64,000 nucleotides of DNA, taken from NCBI GenBank assembly GCA_020444275.1, contig JAHLLG010000001.1, positions 583,773-647,772 of the forward strand. The letters are read 5' to 3'. A program made the position numbers and the translations under genes. The notes beneath the pieces were generated by a model. The model made no database searches. It worked only from the letters and a program-made list of their open reading frames with translations, and had not been told where the DNA came from. The stretch is from Bacteroidota bacterium (GTDB lineage Bacteria; Bacteroidota; Bacteroidia; Bacteroidales; UBA12077). Positions 36,946 through 46,807 of this stretch are shown here, piece by piece (position 1 is the stretch's first letter; each line of letters starts with the position of its first letter).

Positions 36946-38301
36946 TTATATATTTCTTTTTATGTCGAAATCCTCAAGATAGTCGGATATTCGTTTTAAG
37001 AACATACCACCAAGTGCACCATCAACAACCCTGTGGTCGTATGCTAACGATAGAATCATTTTATGACGAATAGCGATAGCGTCACCGGTTGGAGTTTCAA
37101 TAACTGCCGGTTTCTTTTCAATAGCGCCAACTCCTAAAATAGCAACTTGTGGCTGATTAATAATTGGTGTACCAGAGGTATTGCCAAATGTACCAAAGTT
37201 GGTTATGGTAAATGTACCACCTTGTATTTCGTCTGGTTTAAGTTTATTGTCACGAGCCCTTGTTGCTAAATCATTAACTCCTTCTGCTAATCCGATGAGG
37301 TTTAATCTATCTGCATTTCTAATAACAGGAACTATTAAATTGCCACTTGGCAGTGCAGTAGCAATTCCAACATTAATGTTTTTCTTTTTAATGATTTTAT
37401 CTTCATCAACTGAAACATTAATCATTGGATAATCTTTTAAAGCTTTAACTACTGCTTCAACAAATATCGGAGTAAATGTAATTTTAACCCCATCTTTTTC
37501 AAGGATTCTTTCTTTGTTTTTATTTCTCCAGTTAACCAGATTGGTTACGTCCGTTTCAATGAATGAAGTAACATGTGGAGATATCTGTTTGGATTGAACC
37601 ATATGTTCAGCAATTAGCTTACGCATTCGGTCCATTTCCACAATTTCGTAATCGCCCGAATATACAGCGTCTTTATTAACTGATGGTTTTGGAGCAGCAG
37701 CTGATTTTGGTTTTTCAGTAACTTTTGGTTCTGACTCGGGAGCTATACCAGAGCTTGTTCGTGTACTGATATAGTTTAATATATCATTTTTAGTTATTCT
37801 TCCTGTATTTCCGCTTCCATTAATTCTATCCAACTCATCAAGGGTAACATTTTCTTTTTCGGCAATACTTCGCACCAGTGGTGATAGGAATTTTCCACCT
37901 GGAGTTTTAGATACTGTTAAAATACTTGCTTGTTGTTCTCCCTGATCATGAGTTAAATTAACTCCGGGGATTTCTTCTGTTTTCGTTTCGGTCTGCTCTT
38001 TCTCAACATCATCTTGCTTTTCTACACTTTCTTTTTCAGTACTTTCCTCCGAATCAGCTCCATTTGTAGATAAGATGGCTATGGTGTCTCCAACTTTTGG
38101 AATATCATCTTCGTTAAAAAGTAATTTTTCAATTACACCATCTTCCGGAGCAGGGATTTCAGAATCTACCTTATCGGTTGCCACTTCAACCAACGATTGA
38201 TCTTCTTCAACTTTATCACCTTCTTTAACAAGCCATTTTGTTATTGTAGCTTCAATTATTCCTTCACCCATTGCAGGTAAAAGTATTTCAATTTTTGCCA
38301 T
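36946..38301 (-). CDS. 2-oxoacid dehydrogenase complex E2 component (dihydrolipoamide acyltransferase)
   Basis: Lipoyl domain (..VEVATDKV..), E3-binding domain (SPLVRSIA.E..V.L....GSG..GRITK.D) and catalytic domain ending ..LSLAYDHRVVDGA. Confidence 0.9.
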   Translation of the reverse strand: MAKIEILLPAMGEGIIEATITKWLVKEGDKVEEDQSLVEVATDKVDSEIPAPEDGVIEKLLFNEDDIPKVGDTIAILSTNGADSEESTEKESVEKQDDVEKEQTETKTEEIPGVNLTHDQGEQQASILTVSKTPGGKFLSPLVRSIAEKENVTLDELDRINGSGNTGRITKNDILNYISTRTSSGIAPESEPKVTEKPKSAAAPKPSVNKDAVYSGDYEIVEMDRMRKLIAEHMVQSKQISPHVTSFIETDVTNLVNWRNKNKERILEKDGVKITFTPIFVEAVVKALKDYPMINVSVDEDKIIKKKNINVGIATALPSGNLIVPVIRNADRLNLIGLAEGVNDLATRARDNKLKPDEIQGGTFTITNFGTFGNTSGTPIINQPQVAILGVGAIEKKPAVIETPTGDAIAIRHKMILSLAYDHRVVDGALGGMFLKRISDYLEDFDIKRNI

Positions 38302-38331
38302 TGTAATTTATTTTGAATGTTTTAAACTCTG

Positions 38332-40305
38332 TTAATTCTTAACCTTTCGGCCAATTTGTTTAAAACCTTTCAGAAGTATGTTTAGATCAACCCAAAAACT
38401 GTAATTTTTAGCATATGCTAAATTTGCATTTTTGATAAAAGAATCGGTTAATTCTTTTTTTGATCCAGCAACAAGTGGAGTTAAAATTCCTCCCTTAATT
38501 TTTGGAAGTTGAACAGCATTAACCGCACTTCCTGTTGCATACCCTATCCAGGTTTTATTTCCTAACAAAACATTTACCGAATTGTTTATTAAGTTAAGGG
38601 GTATTTTAAAGAAAAGCAATATTAAGGGACTGAATATTAGAATTAACAGTGAGGTAATTATGTCAAATAATCTTTTGTTTCGAATGTTTTTTGTATTTGT
38701 AATCGAATTGATTTCAACGGTGTAAAGCTCTCCGGTTGTTTCAATAGAATTACTTCCGATTACCGTTAATGTATCTGGCTGAGCAATTTTATAATCGAGG
38801 TTATAATTTGCTAAGCGAAGCATATTGGAAATAATCTGGTTTGATGGAATATCTTTAGCACAAAAAACAATTTCATCAACTTTGTGAATCTTGATCATCT
38901 CTTCCAGTTGATTAATCGACCCGATATGGTATTTCTGCTCTTTCTGGTTGTTTGGCGAAACATAGCCTACAATTAAAGGGCTAACCTCGGCTTCATCAAT
39001 AATCTTTTTAATCCGATTAATTTCATCTGTAAAGCCTACTATAATTATTCTTAATCTTCTTCGGGGTTTAAATTTCTGAGGAATGAAATGTATAAAATGA
39101 ACAATGAATCGATTTAAAGTACTTAGAATGATTGTTAGAAATGCACCTGCTATGATTAGTGCGCGAGAGAATCTTAACGTTTCAGGGAGCAGTGCATAAA
39201 CTGCCAGTATAAAAATAGTTCCTACGCCTATTCCTCTTAAAAGTTTAAGAAACCGAATGTGTTTTGAATATCCACCATTAAACCAAATGCTAATAATCCA
39301 GATTAAAATATATGACGGAACTACATATTTTAAAAATTCATCGGGATATTGTCCGCTACCCTGAAACTTATAATTTTCCCAAACAGGTTCAATAAAAAAG
39401 TAGGCCAGAAAAATAGTCACAAAATCGACAATTGGAAGAAAAGCATTTTTTATAAATCGTGAAACTATAGCTAAAAGTGCTCTGAAATAAATTGCAATGT
39501 TAATAATTAAAGAGAAAGCCTTTGCATTTTTTTGCGAGAAATGCTTTTGTGCAAAAATGATCATGGCTTTGTAAAAAACATACACATAATTCAGGCTACC
39601 CTTTTTGGTGCTTTCTCCTTTGTAATGAATGATGGTGCTTTCGGGGTAGTAATAATTTTTATAGCCAGCTTGTTTAATTCTATATGACAAGTCGATATCT
39701 TCGCCATACATAAAATAATCTTCGTCAAGAAGTCCGATTTTGACTAATGTCTCTTTTCTAAGAAACATAAACGCTCCGGGTAAAATTTCTATTTCGTTGG
39801 TGTCATTTTCGCTTAAATGCCCTAAATAATATTTGGCATATCGTTTTGATTTAGGAAACAATCGTGCAAAACCAAATATTTTATAAAACGAAACAATAGG
39901 TGTAGGCAGGGCTCTTTTTGATTCGGGTAGAAAATTTCCTTTGCCATCGATCATTCGTACAGTAAGCCCTCCTGCATCAGAGTTAGAATCCATAAACTGC
40001 AAACATTTCTCGAATGTGTTTTCCTCGACAACCGTATCTGGATTTAAAAGCAGAATGTATTCTCCTGAAGCCTTTTGTATGGCCTGGTTATTGGCAGAGC
40101 TAAATCCAACATTCTTTTTATTTTCTATAAGAGTAACCTGCGGGAATCTTTCCTTAATCATTGCACATGAGCCATCAACCGAATTGTTATCTACAACAAA
40201 AACTTCTGTATTTATATTGCCACTGGCATTAAACACAGAAATTAAGCACTGCTCAAGAAAGTGCCTGACATTATAATTTACTATAATAATGGAAAGTTTC
40301 GTCAT
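38332..40305 (-). CDS. Family 2 glycosyltransferase fused to a polytopic membrane / sugar-transferase-like C-terminal region
   Basis: N-terminus LSIIIVNYN......CL.S.........E..VVDN.S.DGS and the DxD region ..EDIDLS.R are the GT2 signature. Followed by several TM helices and ..KRLFDIITSLLILIFSPLILL.. Confidence 0.7.
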   Translation of the reverse strand: MTKLSIIIVNYNVRHFLEQCLISVFNASGNINTEVFVVDNNSVDGSCAMIKERFPQVTLIENKKNVGFSSANNQAIQKASGEYILLLNPDTVVEENTFEKCLQFMDSNSDAGGLTVRMIDGKGNFLPESKRALPTPIVSFYKIFGFARLFPKSKRYAKYYLGHLSENDTNEIEILPGAFMFLRKETLVKIGLLDEDYFMYGEDIDLSYRIKQAGYKNYYYPESTIIHYKGESTKKGSLNYVYVFYKAMIIFAQKHFSQKNAKAFSLIINIAIYFRALLAIVSRFIKNAFLPIVDFVTIFLAYFFIEPVWENYKFQGSGQYPDEFLKYVVPSYILIWIISIWFNGGYSKHIRFLKLLRGIGVGTIFILAVYALLPETLRFSRALIIAGAFLTIILSTLNRFIVHFIHFIPQKFKPRRRLRIIIVGFTDEINRIKKIIDEAEVSPLIVGYVSPNNQKEQKYHIGSINQLEEMIKIHKVDEIVFCAKDIPSNQIISNMLRLANYNLDYKIAQPDTLTVIGSNSIETTGELYTVEINSITNTKNIRNKRLFDIITSLLILIFSPLILLFFKIPLNLINNSVNVLLGNKTWIGYATGSAVNAVQLPKIKGGILTPLVAGSKKELTDSFIKNANLAYAKNYSFWVDLNILLKGFKQIGRKVKN

Positions 40306-40351
40306 ATCCTGAATACAAATATAACGAAATGTAAGAAGTGTTATTTGATTA

Positions 40352-40386
40352 TGAAAATAAAAAAGGGCTGTTTATTTCAGCCCTTT
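40352..40386 (-). terminator. Rho-independent terminator of the aminotransferase gene
   Basis: The minus strand reads AAAGGGCUG-AAAUAAA-CAGCCCUUU followed by a U-rich run. Confidence 0.6.
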
Positions 40387-40392
40387 CTGATT

Positions 40393-41607
40393 TTATTCAA
40401 TTCCCATTTCTTCTTTAATGGCTTTTGCCAATCGTTTAACTCCTTCGGTTGTTTTATCTTTAGGCATATACGAGAAGTTAATTCTCATGGTGTTTTTTCC
40501 GCTACCATCGCAGTGGAAAACGCTGCCTAATACAAATGCAACATTATTTTCGATTGCTTTGTGAAATAAGTTTTCGGCATCCATGCCTTCGGGTAAGGTA
40601 AGGAATAAGAATAATCCACCTTCAGGCTCGGTCCATTTTACTCCTTCCGGCATATAATCTCTGAATGCCGTAAGCATATTATCTCTTTTTTCATGATACT
40701 GCTTGATGATTTCTTTTAAGTTTTCATCAAAATATCCTTTTTCAATGTATTTATGGGCAATTTTTTGATTTAATGTTGGAGTACATAAATCCGTTGATTG
40801 TTTTGCAACAACAAATTTATCAACGATTGCCTCGTGGGCAACAACCCAACCAATTCTAAAACCGGGAACGAAAATTTTTGAGAAAGTTCCTAATAAAATT
40901 ACATGGCCGCTTCCATCCAGTTCGAAAATTGTTCGTTGAGCTTTTCCTTCAAAACGTACCTCACGATATGGGCTATCTTCAACAATTAGCACATCGTACT
41001 TTTTAGCAATATCAATAATTTCTAATCTTCGCGACTCTGGCATGGTAATACCTGCAGGGTTCTGAAAATCAGGAATAATATATATGAATTTTGGTTTTAT
41101 CCCTTGAGACTTTAGTTCACCTAGTTTTTCATCTAATAAATCGGCACGCATTCCCTGTTCGTCGAACTTAATACCAATCATTTCGGCACCATACGAATTG
41201 AATGCTCCTAAACCACCTAAGTATGAAGGTAATCCGCAAATAACTTTATCGCCACGGTTAATAAAGATTTTAGCTAATAAATCTAATCCTTGTTGCGAAG
41301 ATGTTGTAATTACCAGGTTTTTCAATTCAATGTTCATCCCTTGAGCATTGTATCGGTCAACCATTAATTGACGTAATTCTGTTACTCCTTCAGTAGCGCC
41401 ATATTGCAACGCAGCTGGACCGTCCTGATCAAGTACCTCACAGGATATTTCTTTAAGTTGTTCAATTGGGAATGATTCAGGTGCTGGTAATCCTCCCGCG
41501 AAAGAAATAATTTCAGGTCGCTGGGTTAGTTTAAGAAGTTCGCGAATTGCAGACTTCTTCATTCCTTTAATATTGGTTGAATAAATTTGTTCTAAATCAC
41601 TTATCAT
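40393..41607 (-). CDS. Class I/II PLP-dependent aminotransferase (2-aminoadipate/aromatic aminotransferase-like)
   Basis: ..ISFAGG.P.PE.FP.....Y....G...LR......Y.IPDFQNP.G......RR..........ED.PY..L.F....GTFSK...PG.R.GW is the fold-type I pattern with the SK Lys. Confidence 0.85.
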   Translation of the reverse strand: MISDLEQIYSTNIKGMKKSAIRELLKLTQRPEIISFAGGLPAPESFPIEQLKEISCEVLDQDGPAALQYGATEGVTELRQLMVDRYNAQGMNIELKNLVITTSSQQGLDLLAKIFINRGDKVICGLPSYLGGLGAFNSYGAEMIGIKFDEQGMRADLLDEKLGELKSQGIKPKFIYIIPDFQNPAGITMPESRRLEIIDIAKKYDVLIVEDSPYREVRFEGKAQRTIFELDGSGHVILLGTFSKIFVPGFRIGWVVAHEAIVDKFVVAKQSTDLCTPTLNQKIAHKYIEKGYFDENLKEIIKQYHEKRDNMLTAFRDYMPEGVKWTEPEGGLFLFLTLPEGMDAENLFHKAIENNVAFVLGSVFHCDGSGKNTMRINFSYMPKDKTTEGVKRLAKAIKEEMGIE

Positions 41608-41811
41608 TATGTTTTTCCTCCTAATTATATTTTGTTTGTACGAAGTTGATGCGAATTTCCGAAAACCATTTTAGATTTACAAGAAAAGCAAGCTGTTGTA
41701 CAATACAATGTTCTGTGTGTATTATATATATTATATATTGAATTGTTGGATGTGATTATATTTTTTTTGTAAATTCAACAAAAATATAGTGGAAGCTTAA
41801 TAGTTTATTAG

Positions 41812-44580
41812 ATGGATCTTTCTAAAAACGATTTTTACTCAGATAGTTTCATGCAATTAATTAGCTCTAATATCTTAAGAGTTATTGATGATAGTATAAT
41901 TGCAACCAATTTAAATGGTAAGATTGTTTACTGGAGTAAAGGTGCGGAAAGAATTTTTGGATATTCTGCAAAGGAAATGTTGGGTAAATCTCCTGTAATA
42001 CTATATCCGGATATGAATGAAGAAATGCTAAAGGTAGATCTGGAAAAAATAATTAATGGAGAAGATTATATAGGAGAGTGGAAGGGAAAAAGAAAAAACG
42101 GGAAAGATGTTTGGATAAGCATTCACACAACAGTAATGAAGAATGCCGAAGGTGAGATTACCGGTTTTATTGGTGTTTCACAAGATATTACTGAAAGAAA
42201 AAGATTGTCAGCTTATCGTGCTGAGCTGGCCAATATCATTGAAAACTCAGATGACGCCATTGAAAGTATGGATTTGGAAGGAAATATTCTAAGTTGGAAT
42301 AGAGCTGCTGAGAAAATTTATGGCTACACTGCAAAGGAAATGATTGGCAAAAATGCAAGTATTTTATACACTAAAACAAGTAAAGATGAGTTAAATGGAA
42401 ATTTGCTAAAAATTAAATCTGGCAAATCGATCAAAAATCTTGAGACTAAACGAAAAAATAAAAACGGAGAAATAATCCATGTTCTAATTAGTTTTTCCCC
42501 ACTGAAAGATGAAAATAACACAATAATAGGAGTATCGGTAATTACACGTGATTTAACTGAACATAAACAAACGGTTAAGGAGCTGCTCGAGAGTGAAATA
42601 AAGTATCAGGCTATATTTGAAAATAGTGGTGAAGGACTATTGTTAATGACAGATTCATTTATAGACTGCAATAAGAGATTATGCGATATGTGGGAGTGCA
42701 CAAAGAAAGATATTATCGGGAAAAACCCAGGAGAATTTTCACCTAAATTTCAAGCAGATGGATTACTATCAGAACAGAAAGCAAAGCAATATATTGAAGA
42801 AGCATACCGAACAGGTTACCAAAGTTTCTACTGGCAACATTTAACCAAAAAAGGGAATAAACTGGAAACTAAAATTACCCTGAGTAGAATTAAGATTAAA
42901 GGGGATCAGCACCTTATTGCGGTTGTACAAGATTTAACAGAAATGTTTAAATATCAGAATAAGCTAAAAACTAAATCAAAAGAGTTACTCGAACACAACG
43001 AAGAAATAAACCAACTTAACGATGAACTCAATGAAAGTAATCTTCGATTAAAAATAATTAACAAACAAATCGATTTAAGCGAAAAAAAATTTAGAGCGGC
43101 TTTTAAAACAAGCCCCGATGCCATAAATATAAATCGCTTAAATGATGGGGCATATATAGAAATTAACAGTGGTTTTACTAAAATGACAGGATTTACCGAT
43201 GAAGATGTTCTTCATAAAAATCCGTATACAATTAATATTTGGTACAATGATAAGGATCGAGAACGGTTAATTAACGATCTAAAAAAGAAGAAGGAACTTA
43301 CTAATTACGAAATAAATTATAAGACCAAAAACGGTGATGTAAAGACCGGTCTTTTATCTGCAAGTATTATAGAAATAGATGGTGTTGAACATTATATTTC
43401 TATAACCCGGGATATTTCAGAACGTAAGGAGTACGAAGAAAAACTTAAAGAAGCCCGAAAAAAGGCTGAAGAAAGCGACATGTTAAAATCAGCTTTTTTA
43501 GCAAATATGTCGCATGAGATCAGAACTCCGATGAATGCTATTCTGGGATTTGGACAATTGCTTAGAGAAAAAAAACTTGATAGAGAAAAGCAAAATAAAT
43601 TTTTAGATATCATTGTGGTTCGTTCAAAAAACTTATTGCAAATTATAAATGATATTATCGATATTTCAAAGATAGAGGCAAACCAGCTAAATCTTGAGAT
43701 ACGGCAGTTTTCATTAAACAAGGTTTTATACGAACTTTTCTCAAGCTTTGAAGCCGAGCTGGCAGCTCAAAATAAAGAAGGATTAAAGTTAGAATTTAAA
43801 GCTGAGTTGGATAGGGATGCCAGTCATATTGAATCCGATGAGGTTCGGCTAAAGCAAATCCTAACTAATTTAATTAGTAATGCCATAAAATTTACAGAAA
43901 AAGGCAAAATAGAGTTTGGTTATAAGGTAGAAAAAGAAGTGCTTCACTTCTTTGTTCAAGATACCGGAATTGGGATTCCCCAAAGTGCAATGAAACATAT
44001 ATTCGAAAGGTTTAGACAGGCTGATGATTCGAACACAAGACAGTTTGGAGGAACCGGTCTTGGATTATCTATAAGCAAACAATTGGTTCAAATGATGGGA
44101 GGTGAAATTTGGGTTGAATCAGAGGAAAATAAAGGATCGGTATTTCATTTTACGATACCATTTAATCCGGTTAACAAGAACTTAGAAACAGAAAAGATGA
44201 AACAAGAAGAGCTTGATCTTTCTAAAAAGTGTTTTATGTTGGTTGAAGATGACACCATTAGTATGGCTTATCTTGAAGAGATCTTACAACCTACAAAAGT
44301 AAAAATTATAAAAGCTTTTGATGGTGAGCAGGCCGTTGAAAAATTCAGAACCGAAGAAGTTGATCTAATATTAATGGATATCCATTTGCCCAAAATGAGC
44401 GGAAATACGGCTACTAAGGAGATAAGAAAAATAGATAAATCAATACCTATTATAGCTCAATCAGCTTTTGCAATGCCTGGTGATAAAAAAGAAAGCTTTG
44501 AACATGGTTGTGATGAATATATAACAAAACCTATAGACAGCAGGCTACTATTTTCAACAATTAAAAAACTCTTAATTTAA
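41812..44580 (+). CDS. Hybrid sensor histidine kinase/response regulator with four PAS domains
   Basis: Four PAS-like units (..IVYWSKGAERIFGYSAKEMLGKS.., ..ILSWNRAAEKIYGYTAKEMIGKN.., ..CNKRLCDMWECTKKDIIGKN.., ..INSGFTKMTGFTDEDVL..). H-box FLANMSHEIRTPMNAI, N/G boxes (..NAIKFT.., DTGIGI, GGTGLGL). C-terminal REC (LVEDD, LILMDIHLP, ITKPI). Confidence 0.9.
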   Translation: MDLSKNDFYSDSFMQLISSNILRVIDDSIIATNLNGKIVYWSKGAERIFGYSAKEMLGKSPVILYPDMNEEMLKVDLEKIINGEDYIGEWKGKRKNGKDVWISIHTTVMKNAEGEITGFIGVSQDITERKRLSAYRAELANIIENSDDAIESMDLEGNILSWNRAAEKIYGYTAKEMIGKNASILYTKTSKDELNGNLLKIKSGKSIKNLETKRKNKNGEIIHVLISFSPLKDENNTIIGVSVITRDLTEHKQTVKELLESEIKYQAIFENSGEGLLLMTDSFIDCNKRLCDMWECTKKDIIGKNPGEFSPKFQADGLLSEQKAKQYIEEAYRTGYQSFYWQHLTKKGNKLETKITLSRIKIKGDQHLIAVVQDLTEMFKYQNKLKTKSKELLEHNEEINQLNDELNESNLRLKIINKQIDLSEKKFRAAFKTSPDAININRLNDGAYIEINSGFTKMTGFTDEDVLHKNPYTINIWYNDKDRERLINDLKKKKELTNYEINYKTKNGDVKTGLLSASIIEIDGVEHYISITRDISERKEYEEKLKEARKKAEESDMLKSAFLANMSHEIRTPMNAILGFGQLLREKKLDREKQNKFLDIIVVRSKNLLQIINDIIDISKIEANQLNLEIRQFSLNKVLYELFSSFEAELAAQNKEGLKLEFKAELDRDASHIESDEVRLKQILTNLISNAIKFTEKGKIEFGYKVEKEVLHFFVQDTGIGIPQSAMKHIFERFRQADDSNTRQFGGTGLGLSISKQLVQMMGGEIWVESEENKGSVFHFTIPFNPVNKNLETEKMKQEELDLSKKCFMLVEDDTISMAYLEEILQPTKVKIIKAFDGEQAVEKFRTEEVDLILMDIHLPKMSGNTATKEIRKIDKSIPIIAQSAFAMPGDKKESFEHGCDEYITKPIDSRLLFSTIKKLLI

Positions 44581-44667
44581 TCAATGCAAAACAATTGCTT
44601 ATCAAATAACTATGTTTTGTAAATAAAAAAAACTTACCTTTAATAAAATTCATAAAGCAATACATTA

Positions 44668-45636
44668 ATGAGAAAAATCTTATTAATTGAATCTAACAAA
44701 CAATTACTTGATAAAACGATAAAATTTTTAACGGATAATAATTACAATGTAATTGTTACAACAGAGGGTACCGCCGGAATACAAAAGGCATTAGAGTTTT
44801 TACCTGATCTTATCTTATGTGATTCAGAGGTTCCCGGATTAAACGGGTATGAGATTTTTAATACATTACTTCAAATTAATTCAACTGCAATTATTCCTTT
44901 TGTTTTTCTTCTAAATCAAGCAACAAATGAGGATGTTCGGGCAGCTATGAACCTTGGTGCCGACGATTATCTTGAAATACCTTTTAATAATAATGACTTG
45001 TTAAAACTAATTGAAATTCGATTAGAAAAGCAAGAGAAAATTATGAGCCTGGCCGATGAGAAATTCAACACGCTAATGGAGCACTCTAGCGATGGAGTAT
45101 TTATATATCAGGATGAAAAACTTTCATATGTGAATAAAAAGTTTTGCGATTTAATGTCGTATTCAAAAAGAGAACTTATAGGTATGAATCTGGTTAATAT
45201 TATTTACAAAGATGATATTCATCTGGTAATTGATAAAATCAGCAGGCTTCAAAAGGGAATTCATAAAGATTTTCAATCTAACTTTAGAGCAATAACCGGA
45301 GATCAGAAAATTAGTAATTTTATACTTTCAGGTAACAGTATAAATGTAAATGGTAAGAAAAGTATTGTTGGTACGATAAAACTGCAGGAAGAAAATACTA
45401 ATCAAGGCTTTGTTCCAAAAGAATGTGATATAAAAATTACCGAACGTGAGTCAGAAGTGCTAGAACTTATATGTCTCGGATATTCCAATTCGGAAATTGC
45501 CAAGGAACTTAATATCAGCGATAGAACAGTAGAAGGACACAGAGCGAATTTACTCAATAAAACCGGATCCAGAAACACTGCAAGCTTGGCTATCTTCGCA
45601 GTAAAATATGGTTTTTTTCAAATAAAAGATGAATAA
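44668..45636 (+). CDS. REC-PAS-LuxR(GerE HTH) transcriptional regulator with a degenerate receiver
   Basis: REC-like N-terminus (DLILCDSEVPGLNG), a central PAS-like unit (..YVNKKFCDLMSYSKRELIGMN..). C-terminus LTERESEVLELICLGYSNSEIAKELNISDRTVEGHRANLLNKTG is a LuxR/FixJ HTH. Confidence 0.85.
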   Translation: MRKILLIESNKQLLDKTIKFLTDNNYNVIVTTEGTAGIQKALEFLPDLILCDSEVPGLNGYEIFNTLLQINSTAIIPFVFLLNQATNEDVRAAMNLGADDYLEIPFNNNDLLKLIEIRLEKQEKIMSLADEKFNTLMEHSSDGVFIYQDEKLSYVNKKFCDLMSYSKRELIGMNLVNIIYKDDIHLVIDKISRLQKGIHKDFQSNFRAITGDQKISNFILSGNSINVNGKKSIVGTIKLQEENTNQGFVPKECDIKITERESEVLELICLGYSNSEIAKELNISDRTVEGHRANLLNKTGSRNTASLAIFAVKYGFFQIKDE

Positions 45637-45640
45637 ATAC

Positions 45641-45652
45641 ACGTATTTATAC
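45641..45652 (+). promoter_or_regulatory. Conserved 12-mer ACGTATTTATAC, copy 1 (embedded in the palindrome ATAAATA-CACG-TATTTAT)
   Basis: Exact 12-mer. Starts 5 nt after the stop of the LuxR-type regulator gene. Confidence 0.35.
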
Positions 45653-45748
45653 GTACTCGCATGCAGGATTTACATAAATTGTTCATTAATAATTAATCTT
45701 AATAGCTGTTAATCAGATTTATAAACAACTGGTTTTAATTCCACACAT

Positions 45749-45760
45749 ACGTATTTATAC
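45749..45760 (+). promoter_or_regulatory. Conserved 12-mer ACGTATTTATAC, copy 2
   Basis: Exact 12-mer ending 83 nt upstream of the ATG at 45843. Confidence 0.35.
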
Positions 45761-45811
45761 CTATTTTAATATTTAGGTATTAATCCTGTACCTAGAATTT
45801 TCTAAGATAAA

Positions 45812-45819
45812 TATCTTTG
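45812..45819 (+). promoter_or_regulatory. Candidate -7 box TATCTTTG
   Basis: Matches TAnnTTTG, 24 nt upstream of the ATG at 45843. Motif match only. Confidence 0.3.
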
Positions 45820-45842
45820 AATACAGTAGAATGTAAGATAAG

Positions 45843-46232
45843 ATGAAAAGGAAAATACTAATCATAGATGAACTATCACCTTATACATACTTTATAAAAA
45901 GAGTATTAAGCAATGAAGGTTACGAGGTAGGTGTTGCTGAAATATTACCAGATCATTTGCACGAATTAGATCAGAACAGAGTTGATTTAATTTTATTGGA
46001 TATTAAGATTGATAACGGACAGGGATTAAACTACCTCAAACAAATTTCACAAAATATTAATCTCGATATACCGGTAATCGTAATTTCAGATAGTAAAAAT
46101 TTAACTGAAATAGAAAATGCATTTAAGAGTGGAGCTTATGATTATTTAATAAAACCTATTAATTTAAGAGATATGAAAAATAAAATAGAGCATGCATTTA
46201 AAAGTAAATATATCAAAAAGGCAAGATCTTAA
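45843..46232 (+). CDS. Stand-alone receiver (CheY-like) protein
   Basis: 129 aa, REC only: IIDE, DLILLDIKI, VIVISD, YLIKPI. Confidence 0.85.
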   Translation: MKRKILIIDELSPYTYFIKRVLSNEGYEVGVAEILPDHLHELDQNRVDLILLDIKIDNGQGLNYLKQISQNINLDIPVIVISDSKNLTEIENAFKSGAYDYLIKPINLRDMKNKIEHAFKSKYIKKARS

Positions 46233-46251
46233 TTGTAATAATTCTCAATAG

Positions 46252-46701
46252 ATGAAAAAAAATACCTACCTGACATATAAAATTGAAAAGTGGTTATTTG
46301 CATCAAACTCAAAAGAAGTTCGACGTATTTTGGATATTAAATATTTAGAATCGTTAAAAAAACATCAAGGTAACAGAAGTTATGAGGCTGAAATAATTGA
46401 AAAAATTAAACTTATCAAAAACATTGACCATGCAAAAACTGAAGATGGCAAAAATAATTGTTTATTGATTTTAGAATCTAAAGGATTAGTGAATCAGCAG
46501 GTTGGAGTTGCTGTTACTAAAGTAAATAAATTAATTGATGAGGATGAATTGACATATATTGAGAAACCTCAAATTGGGATATTATATGATGATTATTTCG
46601 TAGAAAAATATGCTATGTTAGATAACGAAATAATTGGCATAATAGATGTAAATAGAATTGTTAATAAAAACATCCAATGTAAGCGGAGGACGCAACTATA
46701 A
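46252..46701 (+). CDS. Divergent CheW-like domain protein
   Basis: YLTYKIEKWLFASNSKEVRRILD.. / ..CLLILESKG..QQVGVAVTKVNKLIDEDELTYIEKP.. / ..IIGIIDVNRIVN aligns by eye to the CheW blocks [21 protein letters not shown] / [25 protein letters not shown]....I.P.P / LILVNIEKLLN. The central RG.i.PvvDL block is not conserved. Confidence 0.4.
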   Translation: MKKNTYLTYKIEKWLFASNSKEVRRILDIKYLESLKKHQGNRSYEAEIIEKIKLIKNIDHAKTEDGKNNCLLILESKGLVNQQVGVAVTKVNKLIDEDELTYIEKPQIGILYDDYFVEKYAMLDNEIIGIIDVNRIVNKNIQCKRRTQL

Positions 46702-46807
46702 ACAAAAATTACAGAATAATTATTTAATCAAATATGTGGTTAAAAATAATTATGAGTAAAGAAAAAATTATATATTTAGCGGAAGAGCAGATGTTTAAAT
46801 ATTAAGT

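Noticed and set aside
36946-38301. E2 acyltransferase without adjacent E1 or E3 genes as an anomaly.
   Set aside because: Stand-alone E2 genes, with E1/E3 encoded elsewhere, are as far as I recall not unusual in bacterial genomes. The protein has all three normal domains.
41700-41760. TATTATATA tandem duplicate and an alternating TA run upstream of the hybrid kinase gene.
   Set aside because: This is a short, low-complexity AT repeat in a divergent promoter region. It is indistinguishable from background in DNA this AT-rich.
46733-46804. 23-codon ORF (MWLKIIMSKEKIIYLAEEQMFKY*) just upstream of receiver gene 46808.
   Set aside because: It is too short and featureless to call. It could be a leader peptide, but nothing in the sequence (no repeats of regulatory codons, no attenuator hairpin) supports that.
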